Positions 1 to 9,786 of a stretch of DNA of 34,020 nt are shown here, in pieces. This DNA comes from Actinomycetota bacterium. GTDB taxonomy: Bacteria > Actinomycetota > Humimicrobiia > Humimicrobiales > Humimicrobiaceae. Where the stretch lies: assembly GCA_018399435.1 (NCBI GenBank), contig JAGYOJ010000001.1, positions 1 through 34,020 of the forward strand, written 5' to 3'. Under the pieces are notes generated by a model. The model had not been told where the DNA came from. It ran no database searches and saw only the letters and a program-made list of their open reading frames with translations. Within the stretch, counting starts at the first letter, position 1. Each line of letters begins with the position of its first letter. Made by a program: the position numbers and the translations under genes.

Positions 1-273
1 CCCCTTACTAGATATGGAAACCAGAGCTTGGCAGAAAACAAAGATTTTTCAATTTTTGAAAAAAACGAAGATATTTTTTATAGATTGTTTTTTGAGCCGG
101 TAAAATATACTACTTCTAATATTGAAAAAGTATTTGACTACTTTTTAAAGAAAAAGATTGAAATTAAAAACTTAAATATTATCTACACTGGGGTTAATCT
201 TGGTGTTGATAAAGATAAAATAAGACATGAGGTATTGATTTTAAGTGAAGACAAAAATCGCAGCAATTGGTGA
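1..273 (+). CDS. ntpC: V-type ATP synthase subunit C (AC39/d-like), 3' end only; gene runs off the left edge
   Basis: Frame 1 is open from base 1 to the TGA at 271-273. The C-terminal ...KKKIEIKNLNIIYTGVNLG... resembles the conserved KE.E..NLR.I..G tail of subunit C. It sits directly upstream of F-A-B-D in the canonical operon order. Confidence 0.75.
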   Translation, partial: PLTRYGNQSLAENKDFSIFEKNEDIFYRLFFEPVKYTTSNIEKVFDYFLKKKIEIKNLNIIYTGVNLGVDKDKIRHEVLILSEDKNRSNW

Positions 274-565
274 AAAAGATATAATGCTAATATTTAAGGC
301 TATAGGTGCTGATGTGCATCCGATTACAGAATACAGCCAGGCAGCATCCAAGATTAAGAAATTGGCTAAAGAAGGCTATGGCATTATTTTTATAACCGAA
401 AACATCGCTTCAGAATTAGACCAATTGATAAAAAGTTACTCAGACCAGTTTCTTCCTTCCATTGTAGTTATACCTGGCCTGGGCAAGAGAAATAATTATG
501 CATTAAAAAGATTAAGGCAAGCAATAATAAAAGCTGTCGGTATAGATGTAATTCCAGAAAAATAG
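245..565 (+). CDS. ntpF: V-type ATP synthase subunit F
   Basis: 106 aa with a GTG start overlapping the end of subunit C. The N-terminus MKTKIAAIGEKDIMLIFKAIGADV and the size are typical of V/A-ATPase subunit F. Position is immediately before subunit A. Confidence 0.85.
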   Translation: MKTKIAAIGEKDIMLIFKAIGADVHPITEYSQAASKIKKLAKEGYGIIFITENIASELDQLIKSYSDQFLPSIVVIPGLGKRNNYALKRLRQAIIKAVGIDVIPEK

Positions 566-575
566 GAGTAAATTT

Positions 576-2339
576 ATGAATAATAACATTGGCAAAATTA
601 TAAAAGTGGCTGGCCCCCTGGTAGTGGCAGAAAATATGATGGGGGGAAAGATGTATGATGTTGTATTCGTATCTGAACAAAGGCTCATGGGTGAAATTAT
701 TGAACTTCATGGCGATAAAGCCTCCATACAGGTTTATGAAGAAACTGGGGGCATAGGTGTTGGCGAGCCTGTCTACAATAGCGGCCAACCCTTAATAGTG
801 GAATTAGGTCCTGGCATGATGGAAGCAATTTATGATGGAATACAAAGGCCCCTTGACATGATTTATGATGAAGCTGGCGACTATATTCCCAGGGGCATAC
901 AGATACCAGCATTAGACAGGGAAAAGAAATGGAAATTTGAACCCATGGCTAAAAAAGGTGACGAAGTAAAAAGGGGAGAGTTTTTAGGTTTTGTACAAGA
1001 AACCTCCCTCATAAAGCATTATATAATGGTGCCTGACGGGATAAAGGGAAAGCTTAAAGAGATAAAGGAAGGAAAGTACAATATTGAAGAAACTATTGCA
1101 GTAATTGAAACTGAAAAAGGCGGGGTAGAGATTAACATGCTTCAAAAATGGCCGGTAAGAAAGCCCAGGCCTTTTTGTAGGAAGCTCGCTCCTGAAGAGC
1201 CCCTTTATACCGGACAGAGGATTATAGATACATTCTTTCCTATCGCCAAAGGAGGAACTGCCTGCGTTCCAGGCCCTTTTGGGTCAGGAAAAACTGTTAT
1301 CCAGCACCAGCTTGCAAAATGGGCAACTGCTGAAATTATAGTATATATAGGCTGCGGAGAGCGCGGCAATGAAATGACTGATGTTTTGCTTGAGTTTCCA
1401 GAATTAAAGGATCCAAAATCAGGCGACCCTTTAATGAGGAGGACAATACTTATTGCCAATACATCAAATATGCCGGTAGCAGCCAGGGAAGCTTCCGTGT
1501 ACACTGGAGTAACCATGGCTGAGTATTTCAGGGACATGGGTTATTCAGTTGCGCTAATGGCTGACTCTACTTCCAGATGGGCAGAAGCAATGAGAGAAAT
1601 ATCCGGGCGCCTGGAAGAGATGCCTGGCGAAGAAGGCTATCCTGCATACCTCAGCTCTAAAATTGCTTCCTTTTATGAAAGGGCAGGAAGGGTTAGGTGC
1701 CTTGAGAATGATAAGCACCGCATAGGGGCTTTATCAGTTATTGGGGCAGTGTCCCCTCCAGGCGGAGACTTATCAGATCCTGTAGTCCAGGCAACTTTAA
1801 GGGTGGTTAAGGTATTCTGGTCACTAGAAGCAGAACTTGCCTACAGCAGGCATTTTCCAGCAATTTCATGGCTAAACTCCTATTCCCTTTATACTGATAA
1901 TTTAAAAAGCCATATCCAGGAAGAAATTGGTGAAGATTTTTATGAGTTTCAAACAGAAGCCATGAAGATATTAGAAGAAGAGTCAGAACTTGAAGAGGTG
2001 GTAAGGCTTGTGGGCCTGGACGCCCTATCTTCAACTGACAGGCTTACCATGTTGATTGCAAGGATACTCAGGGAAGATTACTTGCACCAAAATGCATTCC
2101 ATGACATAGATACCTCTGCATCTATAGAAAAACAGCATAAAATGCTTAAAATTATTCTATACTTCAACCAAAAAGCGGGAGATTATATAAGCAGGGGCGC
2201 CGATATTGAAGAAATTGAAAACATGGATGTCCTGGATAGGATTGCAAGAATGAGATATATTGATGAAAAAGATATAAATAAAATAGATGACATAGAAAAT
2301 GCAATTGATAATGAAATTTCGTCTTTATTGGAGGAATAA
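576..2339 (+). CDS. ntpA: V-type ATP synthase catalytic subunit A
   Basis: 587 aa. It has the P-loop GPFGSGKT, and conserved GCGERGNEM and SRWAEALRE-like (SRWAEAMRE) blocks. SD AGGAG lies upstream of the ATG. Confidence 0.97.
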   Translation: MNNNIGKIIKVAGPLVVAENMMGGKMYDVVFVSEQRLMGEIIELHGDKASIQVYEETGGIGVGEPVYNSGQPLIVELGPGMMEAIYDGIQRPLDMIYDEAGDYIPRGIQIPALDREKKWKFEPMAKKGDEVKRGEFLGFVQETSLIKHYIMVPDGIKGKLKEIKEGKYNIEETIAVIETEKGGVEINMLQKWPVRKPRPFCRKLAPEEPLYTGQRIIDTFFPIAKGGTACVPGPFGSGKTVIQHQLAKWATAEIIVYIGCGERGNEMTDVLLEFPELKDPKSGDPLMRRTILIANTSNMPVAAREASVYTGVTMAEYFRDMGYSVALMADSTSRWAEAMREISGRLEEMPGEEGYPAYLSSKIASFYERAGRVRCLENDKHRIGALSVIGAVSPPGGDLSDPVVQATLRVVKVFWSLEAELAYSRHFPAISWLNSYSLYTDNLKSHIQEEIGEDFYEFQTEAMKILEEESELEEVVRLVGLDALSSTDRLTMLIARILREDYLHQNAFHDIDTSASIEKQHKMLKIILYFNQKAGDYISRGADIEEIENMDVLDRIARMRYIDEKDINKIDDIENAIDNEISSLLEE

Positions 2340-2342
2340 AAG

Positions 2343-3743
2343 ATGTTAAAAGATTATAAAGGGATTTCTAATATCTCCGGCCCGCTCATGCTGGTAAAAG
2401 GAGTTGAAGGGGTTAAATATGGCGAGCTTGTAGAGATAAAACTTGGGGACGGAAGCATGAGAAATGGAGAAGTCCTTGAAGTTGAAGAAGATAAAGCATT
2501 AGTGCAGGTTTTTGAAGGAACTACAGGAATTGATGCTAAAGAAACAAAAACAAGGTTTTTAGGCAGGGGCATCCAGATGTACCTTTCCCCTGATATTCTG
2601 GGCAAGATATTCACAGGGCTCGGGAAGCCTAAGACTGAAAATGACAGGATAATACCAGAAAAAAAACTGGATATTAGCGGAAACCCCATAAACCCTTATG
2701 CTAGGGATTACCCTAATGAGTTTATCCAAACAGGGATATCTGCCATAGACGGCTTAAATACTTTAGTAAGGGGCCAAAAACTTCCCATTTTTTCAGGTTC
2801 TGGGCTGCCGCATAATAAAATGGCTGCCCAAATTGCAAGGCAATCAAAAGTTTTAGGAACGGAAGAGTCTTTTGCTGTGGTTTTTATTGCCATGGGGATA
2901 ACCTTTGAAGAGTCAGAATTTTTTATCCAGGACCTTAAAAAAACAGGGGCCCTGTCAAGATCAGTATTGATCCTAAATCTTGCCGATGATCCGGCAATTG
3001 AAAGAATTGCAACACCAAGGGTTGGCCTTACTTGCGCTGAATACCTGGCTTTCGAAAAGGACATGCATGTTCTGGTAATACTTACAGACATGACCAATTA
3101 TTGTGAAGCCTTAAGGGAAGTATCGGCTTCCAGGAAAGAAATACCTGGAAGGCGCGGATATCCGGGATACCTTTACACTGACCTTGCTTCAATATATGAA
3201 AGGGCAGGAAAAATCAAGGGCAGAGACGGATCCATTACCTTAATACCTATCCTTACCATGCCTGAAGACGATAAAACCCATCCCATACCTGACTTGACAG
3301 GATATATTACAGAAGGACAAATTATACTTTCCAGGCCCCTAAATAAAAAGAAGGTCTCTCCCCCAATAGATGCGCTTCCTTCCCTTTCACGTTTAAAAGA
3401 CAAGGGAATAGGCGAAGGCAAAACCAGGAAAGACCATTCTGATATTTTCAACCAATTATATGCTGCTTATGCAAGGGGGAAGGAAGTACAGGAACTTGCA
3501 GTAATTCTGGGTGAAGCAGCATTAACAGACATGGACAAAATATACTATAAGTTTGCAGATGAATTTGAAGCTAAATATATTTCACAGGGAGAATACGAAA
3601 ACAGATCAATTGAAGAAACATTGGATTTAGGATGGAAATTGCTCTCAATGTTTCCCAGGGAAAGGCTTAAAAGAATCAGCGATGAATATCTTGATGAGTA
3701 TTTGCCAAGATTTAAAAAAGAAGAAAAGGAAGTGGCAAAATAA
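2343..3743 (+). CDS. ntpB: V-type ATP synthase subunit B
   Basis: 466 aa with typical B-subunit blocks ([43 protein letters not shown]). SD GGAGGA lies upstream, 3 nt after the subunit A stop. Confidence 0.97.
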   Translation: MLKDYKGISNISGPLMLVKGVEGVKYGELVEIKLGDGSMRNGEVLEVEEDKALVQVFEGTTGIDAKETKTRFLGRGIQMYLSPDILGKIFTGLGKPKTENDRIIPEKKLDISGNPINPYARDYPNEFIQTGISAIDGLNTLVRGQKLPIFSGSGLPHNKMAAQIARQSKVLGTEESFAVVFIAMGITFEESEFFIQDLKKTGALSRSVLILNLADDPAIERIATPRVGLTCAEYLAFEKDMHVLVILTDMTNYCEALREVSASRKEIPGRRGYPGYLYTDLASIYERAGKIKGRDGSITLIPILTMPEDDKTHPIPDLTGYITEGQIILSRPLNKKKVSPPIDALPSLSRLKDKGIGEGKTRKDHSDIFNQLYAAYARGKEVQELAVILGEAALTDMDKIYYKFADEFEAKYISQGEYENRSIEETLDLGWKLLSMFPRERLKRISDEYLDEYLPRFKKEEKEVAK

Positions 3744-4364
3744 ATGATTGCAAATGTCAATGCAACAAGGATGGAGCTTCTCCGCTTAAAGAAGAGGCTT
3801 AGCCTGGCAAAAAGGGGCCATAAACTGCTTAAGGACAAACAGGACGAGCTAATGAGGCAGCTCATGGAAATAATTGATGACGTAAAAGAAGCCAGGCTTG
3901 AAATAGAAAGAGAGTTCCAGTCAATACTTCAAAGCTTTACTATTGCCAAATCAAAAATGGGGCCGCACCAGGCTGAAGAGGCACTGCTGTTTCCTACAAA
4001 GAAATTATCAGTTTCTGTAACCAAAAAGAACCTCATGAGTGTCAGGGTTCCAATATATGAAAGGGAAGTAGAAGGCGATATTATCCCTTACGGTTACCTT
4101 AATACATCAGGCAAAATGGATGATTCCCTCATAAACTTTGAAAAGTTTTTGGAATCACTTCTAAACCTGGCAGAAAAGGAAAAAACAGTGCAGCTCATGG
4201 CAGAGGAAATAGAAGAAACCAGAAGAAGGGTGAATGCCTTAGAATACAAGCTCATACCTGAACTTGAAGAGACCACTAAATACATAACCATGAAGCTATC
4301 CGAAAATGAAAGGTCCAATATTGTCAGGCTCATGAAGGTAAAAGACATAGTTAGAAGCCATTAG
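3744..4364 (+). CDS. ntpD: V-type ATP synthase subunit D
   Basis: 206 aa. N-terminal NATRMELLRLKKRLSLAKRGHKLLKDKQDEL is the hallmark of subunit D. The start abuts the subunit B stop. Confidence 0.9.
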   Translation: MIANVNATRMELLRLKKRLSLAKRGHKLLKDKQDELMRQLMEIIDDVKEARLEIEREFQSILQSFTIAKSKMGPHQAEEALLFPTKKLSVSVTKKNLMSVRVPIYEREVEGDIIPYGYLNTSGKMDDSLINFEKFLESLLNLAEKEKTVQLMAEEIEETRRRVNALEYKLIPELEETTKYITMKLSENERSNIVRLMKVKDIVRSH

Positions 4365-4489
4365 CCCACAGCAAAGTTTTCAATTTATTGCTTCAAAGTT
4401 ACTATTATTAGCCCCTTATGCCAATAGTTTATCATCTCTTAATTATGCCAATGGCTATAATTTCAAATATAAAATTTTTCAGGTTTCCT

Positions 4490-4498
4490 TGCTATAAT
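4490..4498 (+). promoter_or_regulatory. Candidate extended -10 promoter element (TGcTATAAT) for the tsaC operon
   Basis: TGCTATAAT at 4490-4498. The hexamer ends 9 nt before the tsaC ATG (4508) and no Shine-Dalgarno lies between them. Confidence 0.35.
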
Positions 4499-4507
4499 GT
4501 TTAAGTT

Positions 4508-5152
4508 ATGGAAAAAATAATTATACAGAGCTTAAAAAATATTGAAAAAAAAGATGTAGAAAAAATAGCCCAAAATATTTTAGACCAAAAAGTGGCCCTG
4601 CTTCCTGCATCTACAATATACGGGTTAAGCTGCAAATATGATAAAAAGGCCCCTTACAAAAAGATATATGAAATTAAGAAAAGGCCTGAAGGCATTCCCT
4701 TTATAATCCTTATCTCAAGACAAAGCCAGCTAAATTTACTAGCCTCCAATATCAGCAGCAATGCAGAAAAATTAATCAGCGATTTCTGGTCCTTAAACAG
4801 CCCATGTCCCCTTACTATAATATTTGATAAATATAGAGGCCTCCCTTCTTTTGTAACTGCTGGCAAAAAAAAGATAGCAATAAGGCTTGCAGTCCCAAAA
4901 TATCTAAGGCAGGTAATTGATATTACCGGCCCTATTACCTCTACCAGCGCCACGATATCTGGGCAAAAAAGCTATCCGGATACAATAAAAAAAATTAAAA
5001 ATAATATCTTAAAAAATGTAGATTTAGTGGTAGAATATGAAGGAAAATTAGGTGGCGCTGAATCCACCATAATTGACATTACAGATAAGCCCCCTACCAT
5101 AATTCGGAAGGGTATTATAAAATATAGTAAGTTAAGAAAATATTTAGGATAG
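4508..5152 (+). CDS. tsaC: L-threonylcarbamoyladenylate synthase, short YrdC/TsaC type
   Basis: 214 aa with a YrdC-fold signature region (LLPASTIYGLSC ... STSATISG ... ESTIID). Synteny with the LMW phosphatase, rpiB and glyA mirrors B. subtilis ywlC-ywlE-ywlF-glyA. Confidence 0.85.
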   Translation: MEKIIIQSLKNIEKKDVEKIAQNILDQKVALLPASTIYGLSCKYDKKAPYKKIYEIKKRPEGIPFIILISRQSQLNLLASNISSNAEKLISDFWSLNSPCPLTIIFDKYRGLPSFVTAGKKKIAIRLAVPKYLRQVIDITGPITSTSATISGQKSYPDTIKKIKNNILKNVDLVVEYEGKLGGAESTIIDITDKPPTIIRKGIIKYSKLRKYLG

Positions 5153-5158
5153 TTTGTC

Positions 5159-5803
5159 ATGGCTTTAAAAAATAATTTAAATATTAGTTTTGTTTGTGGC
5201 GGAAATACTGAAAGAAGCTATATGGCAGAGGCCATAGGCAAATACCTGCTGGATGAAAAATATTTAAAAAATGATATTGATTTAAAAAATAAGATAAATA
5301 TTATTAGCTCTGGCATTTATGTTATAACCAGAAGCGTTCCCAGATACTCTTATATAACCCTCAAAAATATAAATGTCCCCACAATAACTTCCAGGCCAAT
5401 CCAAATTAGCCACAATATTATTAAATATTCAGATTTAGTTTTAACTATGGCTGATTCTCACCGCAATAGCATAATTAAGAATTTTAATGATATAGACCAA
5501 AAAAAGATATTTACTTTGCTTGAGCTTTCCAATATCATTCTTTATCTTGAATCTGAGAGGATCTACAGGAGAAAGCCTAAAAATTATGTAAAGAATAACC
5601 GGGAACTTAACTTGGAATTTTTAAAAAACAAGATATTCACTTTAATAAATATAAATAGGGATGTACTGCTTACAACAGAAGAATTAGATATAGGAGATCC
5701 CCACGGCTCAGATTTAGAGGAATACATGGGAATTGCAAAAAAAATAAAAGATAATATAATTACTATTTTTAATTACCTTTTTGGAAGAAGTTATGAAAAA
5801 TAG
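5159..5803 (+). CDS. Low-molecular-weight phosphatase family protein, YwlE-like (possible protein-arginine phosphatase) with an internal insertion
   Basis: CX5R(S) P-loop FVCGGNTERSYMAE (C13, R19), an SSG block and a late GDPHG (DP loop). At 214 aa it is longer than the roughly 150 aa typical of the family. Position between tsaC and rpiB matches ywlE. Confidence 0.7.
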   Translation: MALKNNLNISFVCGGNTERSYMAEAIGKYLLDEKYLKNDIDLKNKINIISSGIYVITRSVPRYSYITLKNINVPTITSRPIQISHNIIKYSDLVLTMADSHRNSIIKNFNDIDQKKIFTLLELSNIILYLESERIYRRKPKNYVKNNRELNLEFLKNKIFTLININRDVLLTTEELDIGDPHGSDLEEYMGIAKKIKDNIITIFNYLFGRSYEK

Positions 5804-5812
5804 AGAATATTA

Positions 5813-6286
5813 ATGAAATTAATAATTGGCTCAGACCATGCAGGCATAGAACATAAATCTTATTTAGTCAAATACTTATCTGCCCTTGGCCATAAAGTTA
5901 TAGATATAGGGACTAATAGCACTAAGTCTATCGATTACCCTGATATTGCCCTGAAAGGGTCAAACATGTTTCTCCAAAATTTAGCTGACTTTGTTATATT
6001 GATTTGTGGGACAGGCGTGGGAATGAGCTTAACAGCTAATAAAATGCCGGGAATCCGCGCAGCAGTATGCTATAACCCTGAAATTGCAGCCCTTGCCAGG
6101 GAACATAATGACTCTAATATATTATGCCTTGGTGCCAGGTTTTTAGATATAAAAGAATGTGGTAGAATAGCAAAAGCTTTTATTGAAACTTCTAAAAGCA
6201 AAGAAAAGCGGCATTTGAGAAGAGTAAACAAAATAAAAGAAATTGAAGAAAGGAATTTTAAAGGTGGCTACCAAATTAAAAAATAA
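5813..6286 (+). CDS. rpiB: Ribose-5-phosphate isomerase B
   Basis: 157 aa with family-typical GSDHAG, ILICGTGVGMSLTANK and AREHNDSNILCLGARF blocks. Confidence 0.9.
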   Translation: MKLIIGSDHAGIEHKSYLVKYLSALGHKVIDIGTNSTKSIDYPDIALKGSNMFLQNLADFVILICGTGVGMSLTANKMPGIRAAVCYNPEIAALAREHNDSNILCLGARFLDIKECGRIAKAFIETSKSKEKRHLRRVNKIKEIEERNFKGGYQIKK

Positions 6287-7532
6287 CACACTTAGCAAAG
6301 AAAAAGATTTAGAAATACAAAAAATAATAGAAAAAGAGCTTGCAAGGCAAAAAAGCAAATTGCTTTTAATTGCCTCCGAGAATTACGCTTCCCAGGAAGT
6401 TATAAAAACAATGGGAACTGTTCTTACCAATAAATATGCGGAAGGGTATCCAAATAAAAGATACTATGGCGGCTGTGAATACGTAGACGAGGTTGAAAGC
6501 CTGGCAATAAAAAGGGCTAAGAAGCTTTTTAATTCAAAATATAGCAATGTCCAGCCCCATAGTGGAGTAAATGCTAATATAGCAATTTATGTTGCCGTAT
6601 TAGAACCTTATGACAAAATTTTAAGCATGAACCTAACAGACGGTGGCCATCTTTCCCATGGCCAGAGCCATAACCTTTCAGGCAAATACTTTACCATCTA
6701 TAATTATAATGTTGACAGGGAAACAGAAGTTATAGATTATGAGGAAGTAAGGAAAACAGCAAAAAAAGTTAAGCCCAAGCTAATAATTGCTGGCGCAAGC
6801 TCTTATTCAAGAATTATAGATTTTAAAAAATTCAGGGAAATTGCTGATGAAGTGGGGGCTTATCTTATGGCCGATATAGCCCATATTGCAGGCTTAATTG
6901 CAGGAGGAGTCCATCCAACTTCAGTTGATGTGGCTGATTTTACCACAGGCACAACCCATAAAACCTTAAGGGGCCCTAGAGGGGGATTCATACTGGCTGG
7001 CGATAAATACAAGGATATATTAAACCAGGCAATTTTTCCCGGCTCACAAGGCGGCCCGCTAATGCATGTTATTGCTGCTAAAGCTGTTTGTTTTAGGGAA
7101 GCAATGCAGGACTCTTATAAAGAATATGCAAAAGATATAGTAAAGAACTGTAAAGCCCTTTGCGAAAGTTTAAAAGAAGATGGTTTTAGAATCGTATCTG
7201 GCGGAACTGATAACCACCTGTTCTTAATTGACTTAAGCAATAAAGATATTACAGGATTTGAAGCAACTGGCATTCTTGGATCTTGCGGTATTGTAATAAA
7301 TAAGAATTTAATTCCATATGATAAAAAAAATCCAACAGTGGCTAGCGGCATAAGGATTGGAACTGCAGCTGTTACTACACAGGGGATGGGAGTAAATGAA
7401 ATGCGCCAGATAGGCGAAATAATTTCTTTTGCCCTGCATAATAAGGATAATAGTAAGAAATTAAAAGAAGCTAAAAATAAAGTAGATAAATTATTAAAAG
7501 ATTTCCCCATATACCAGAACTTTAATCAATAA
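6264..7532 (+). CDS. glyA: Serine hydroxymethyltransferase
   Basis: LIASENYASQEV, TNKYAEGYPNKRYYGGCE and the PLP-lysine block TTGTTHKTLRGPRGG. The start is ambiguous: GTG 6264 has AGGA 9 nt upstream, while TTG 6243 (ORF-track start) has no SD. Both overlap the rpiB 3' end. Confidence 0.93.
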   Translation: MATKLKNNTLSKEKDLEIQKIIEKELARQKSKLLLIASENYASQEVIKTMGTVLTNKYAEGYPNKRYYGGCEYVDEVESLAIKRAKKLFNSKYSNVQPHSGVNANIAIYVAVLEPYDKILSMNLTDGGHLSHGQSHNLSGKYFTIYNYNVDRETEVIDYEEVRKTAKKVKPKLIIAGASSYSRIIDFKKFREIADEVGAYLMADIAHIAGLIAGGVHPTSVDVADFTTGTTHKTLRGPRGGFILAGDKYKDILNQAIFPGSQGGPLMHVIAAKAVCFREAMQDSYKEYAKDIVKNCKALCESLKEDGFRIVSGGTDNHLFLIDLSNKDITGFEATGILGSCGIVINKNLIPYDKKNPTVASGIRIGTAAVTTQGMGVNEMRQIGEIISFALHNKDNSKKLKEAKNKVDKLLKDFPIYQNFNQ

Positions 7533-8833
7533 AATCCAATTAAATATTTAAGATAAATACCTAAATTAGAAATAGTTATTGATATAAGGGTGGCAGGCAC
7601 TGCAATTTTTAACCACCTTTTCCAGCCGATGCTTCTTCCCCTTTTCTCCATAGTAGTATAAGCAACTACATTGGCAGAAGCCCCGATAGGGGTAAAATTG
7701 CCTCCAATATCTGCGCCCAGGGATACAGCCCAAACCATTATTGATAAGGCAGGCACTCCCGCAAACTTTATTATATTCTCAAGCACATAGGCCATGGATA
7801 ATGCAAAAGGCACATTATCTATAATCCCGCTAATAAAGCTTGAGCCCCATACTAGGGTGCTTAAAAGACCTACGTGGTTTCCTCCAAAAACATTTATAAT
7901 CCCTTCTGCAATATTTTCAATAACTCCCGTTGATTCCAGGCCGCCTACTATCATAAATAAGCCAATAAAAAATAAGATTACATCAAAATCAACTTTTCTC
8001 ATTATCCTTTCAGCCTGCTTGCCTAAAAATACTAGCATTACAAAAGCCGGAACCATTGCGGCAAGGGGCACGGTCAAAGGTATATCAAAATATGTTTCTA
8101 TATAACTGTGGGTTATTAAAAAGGCAATAGCAGTGCCAAAAGCAATTAAAGAAATTTTTAGCTGCCGCATGTCTTCTATTGCTTCCTTTGGATCCATTTG
8201 CTCAAGTTCACTAATTGCTATTTCTTCCTGGGGAATCATTGATCTTCTGCTAATAAAATAACAGTAAGACAATGCTGCTGCACCTGCCAGCAGTGAAATA
8301 GGGCCATTATTTATCACAAAATCATTAAAATAAAAACCTAGCCTTAAACCTAAAATAACATTGGGGGGATCGCCAACCAGGGTTGCTGAACCTCCAATAT
8401 TTGCCATTATCACTTCTGTAACCACAAGGGGAACGGGATCTATTTTAAGCATCCTTGCCAGCTCATATGTTAAAGCAGCAAAAAAGAGCATTACTGTAAT
8501 GCTGTCCATAAAAGCTGAAAGGAATCCAGTAAGTATGGGGAAAAATAAAAAGATTCTTCTGGGGGAATATCTTAGTACTTTTGCCGCCTTTAAAGCTAGA
8601 AAATTAAAAAATCCGGAATCTGAGAGAGAACCAATAATTATAAACATGCCAAAAAGAAGGCCAAGTGTTTCCCAGCTAATATAGCTTACAGCTTCCTGAA
8701 TATCAAAAATCCCAAATAGCAGTAAAAGTAGCGCCCCTAAAAATACTACTACTGTCCTGTTTACCCTTTCTGTGGCTATTGCAATATAAGTTAAAGAAAA
8801 GATAACAATGGCCGCAATAGTAGTATTGTCCAA
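7526..8833 (-). CDS. ArsB/NhaD-superfamily (CitMHS/SLC13-like) ion permease
   Basis: 435 aa polytopic membrane protein with two hydrophobic halves separated by a charged loop (...SRRSMIPQEEIAISELEQMDPKEAIEDMRQ...), the family-typical layout. TTG start preceded by GGGAG at 5-nt spacing. Confidence 0.7.
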   Translation of the reverse strand: MDNTTIAAIVIFSLTYIAIATERVNRTVVVFLGALLLLLFGIFDIQEAVSYISWETLGLLFGMFIIIGSLSDSGFFNFLALKAAKVLRYSPRRIFLFFPILTGFLSAFMDSITVMLFFAALTYELARMLKIDPVPLVVTEVIMANIGGSATLVGDPPNVILGLRLGFYFNDFVINNGPISLLAGAAALSYCYFISRRSMIPQEEIAISELEQMDPKEAIEDMRQLKISLIAFGTAIAFLITHSYIETYFDIPLTVPLAAMVPAFVMLVFLGKQAERIMRKVDFDVILFFIGLFMIVGGLESTGVIENIAEGIINVFGGNHVGLLSTLVWGSSFISGIIDNVPFALSMAYVLENIIKFAGVPALSIMVWAVSLGADIGGNFTPIGASANVVAYTTMEKRGRSIGWKRWLKIAVPATLISITISNLGIYLKYLIGFY

Positions 8834-8871
8834 ATTTACTCCCTAAAATATATTAAAAAAATACTTATAAA

Positions 8872-8900
8872 AAATTACGATTATTTTAAAAAAAAGTCAA
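8872..8900 (-). promoter_or_regulatory. Candidate sigma70-type promoter (TTGACT-17 nt-TAATTT) upstream of the permease
   Basis: On the minus strand, TTGACT lies at 8900-8895 and TAATTT at 8877-8872, with exactly 17 nt between them. It sits in the 74-nt gap after prmC. Confidence 0.3.
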
Positions 8901-8907
8901 ATAGTAA

Positions 8908-9783
8908 CTAGCTTTTAATAACCAGTATTCTATCCCTACCGTTATAATCTTTTTCTACTGTTAAATCTATAGAAGAAAGATATTTTCTGGCAAGTTTAGA
9001 TAAATCATTTGATAAGCCCTGGTCTATTTCGAGAATTATATAATAATTTTTTTTAAGGCGGGCCTTTACCTTTTCTAATATCCTATTATATGCTTCGGTG
9101 CCTGTTTTGCCCCCCAGAAGTGCCTGTTTTGGCTCATATTCTTTTATTTCCTTATCCAAATTTTTGTAATCTGCTTCTTTAATGTAAGGGGGGTTTGAGA
9201 TTACAATATCAAACTTTTGAGATTCTTTAGGTATGATATCGCAATGCTTAAAACTGATTTTTTGTAATTGCGCGGCAGATAAAATATTTTCTGCATTTTT
9301 CTTAGCTACCTCTATTGCCTTGCTGCTATTATCCGTTGCTAAAATCTTAAAGTCTAAATCTTTTAGCTCATTTATAATACTTAATGATATGGCTCCGCTT
9401 CCAATTCCTACTTCTAAAATATTGGCCTGGCCCCCTTTAGATAACTCCTTAATCACATCCATTGATTTCTCAACTACAAGTTCAGTTTCGGGCCTGGGTA
9501 TAAGAACATTTCTATCTACATATAATATAATTTTCCTAAAATGCGCTTCATGCAATATATATTGTATAGGAGTATTTTCTATCCTTTTTAAAATATATTG
9601 CTTGAATTTTTTTAATTCTTTTTTTGTGGGGACATAATTATAATTTAGGTAAAGCTGCATTCTTGGCAAACCTAATGCAGAGCCTAGCAGCAGTTCTGAT
9701 GACAGCCTAGCCTGGGAAATCTTTTTTTGTTTAAAATAGTTTATAGACCAATCTAATAAATTTTTAATGGTCCAGGTTTGCAA
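8908..9783 (-). CDS. prmC: Peptide chain release factor N5-glutamine methyltransferase
   Basis: 291 aa with the SAM motif ILEVGIGSGAIS and catalytic NPPY (VISNPPYI). It lies 3 nt downstream of prfA. Confidence 0.9.
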   Translation of the reverse strand: MQTWTIKNLLDWSINYFKQKKISQARLSSELLLGSALGLPRMQLYLNYNYVPTKKELKKFKQYILKRIENTPIQYILHEAHFRKIILYVDRNVLIPRPETELVVEKSMDVIKELSKGGQANILEVGIGSGAISLSIINELKDLDFKILATDNSSKAIEVAKKNAENILSAAQLQKISFKHCDIIPKESQKFDIVISNPPYIKEADYKNLDKEIKEYEPKQALLGGKTGTEAYNRILEKVKARLKKNYYIILEIDQGLSNDLSKLARKYLSSIDLTVEKDYNGRDRILVIKS

Positions 9784-9786
9784 AAC

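Noticed and set aside
1-4364. V-type rather than F-type ATPase operon in a bacterium as a possible horizontal-transfer island
   Set aside because: V/A-type ATPases are common in many anaerobic bacterial lineages. Composition and codon style look the same as in the flanking genes, and no mobility signatures flank the visible end.
4418-4504. 28-codon hydrophobic ORF (MPIVYHLLIMPMAIISNIKFFRFPCYNV) just upstream of, and in frame with, tsaC
   Set aside because: It has no SD and overlaps the best promoter candidate. An open frame of this length is expected by chance. It is not a read-through extension of tsaC because a TAA intervenes.
6243-6263. Longer GlyA start at TTG 6243
   Set aside because: No SD precedes it, whereas GTG 6264 has AGGA at 9-nt spacing. 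The choice is not decisive and either start leaves the enzyme core intact.
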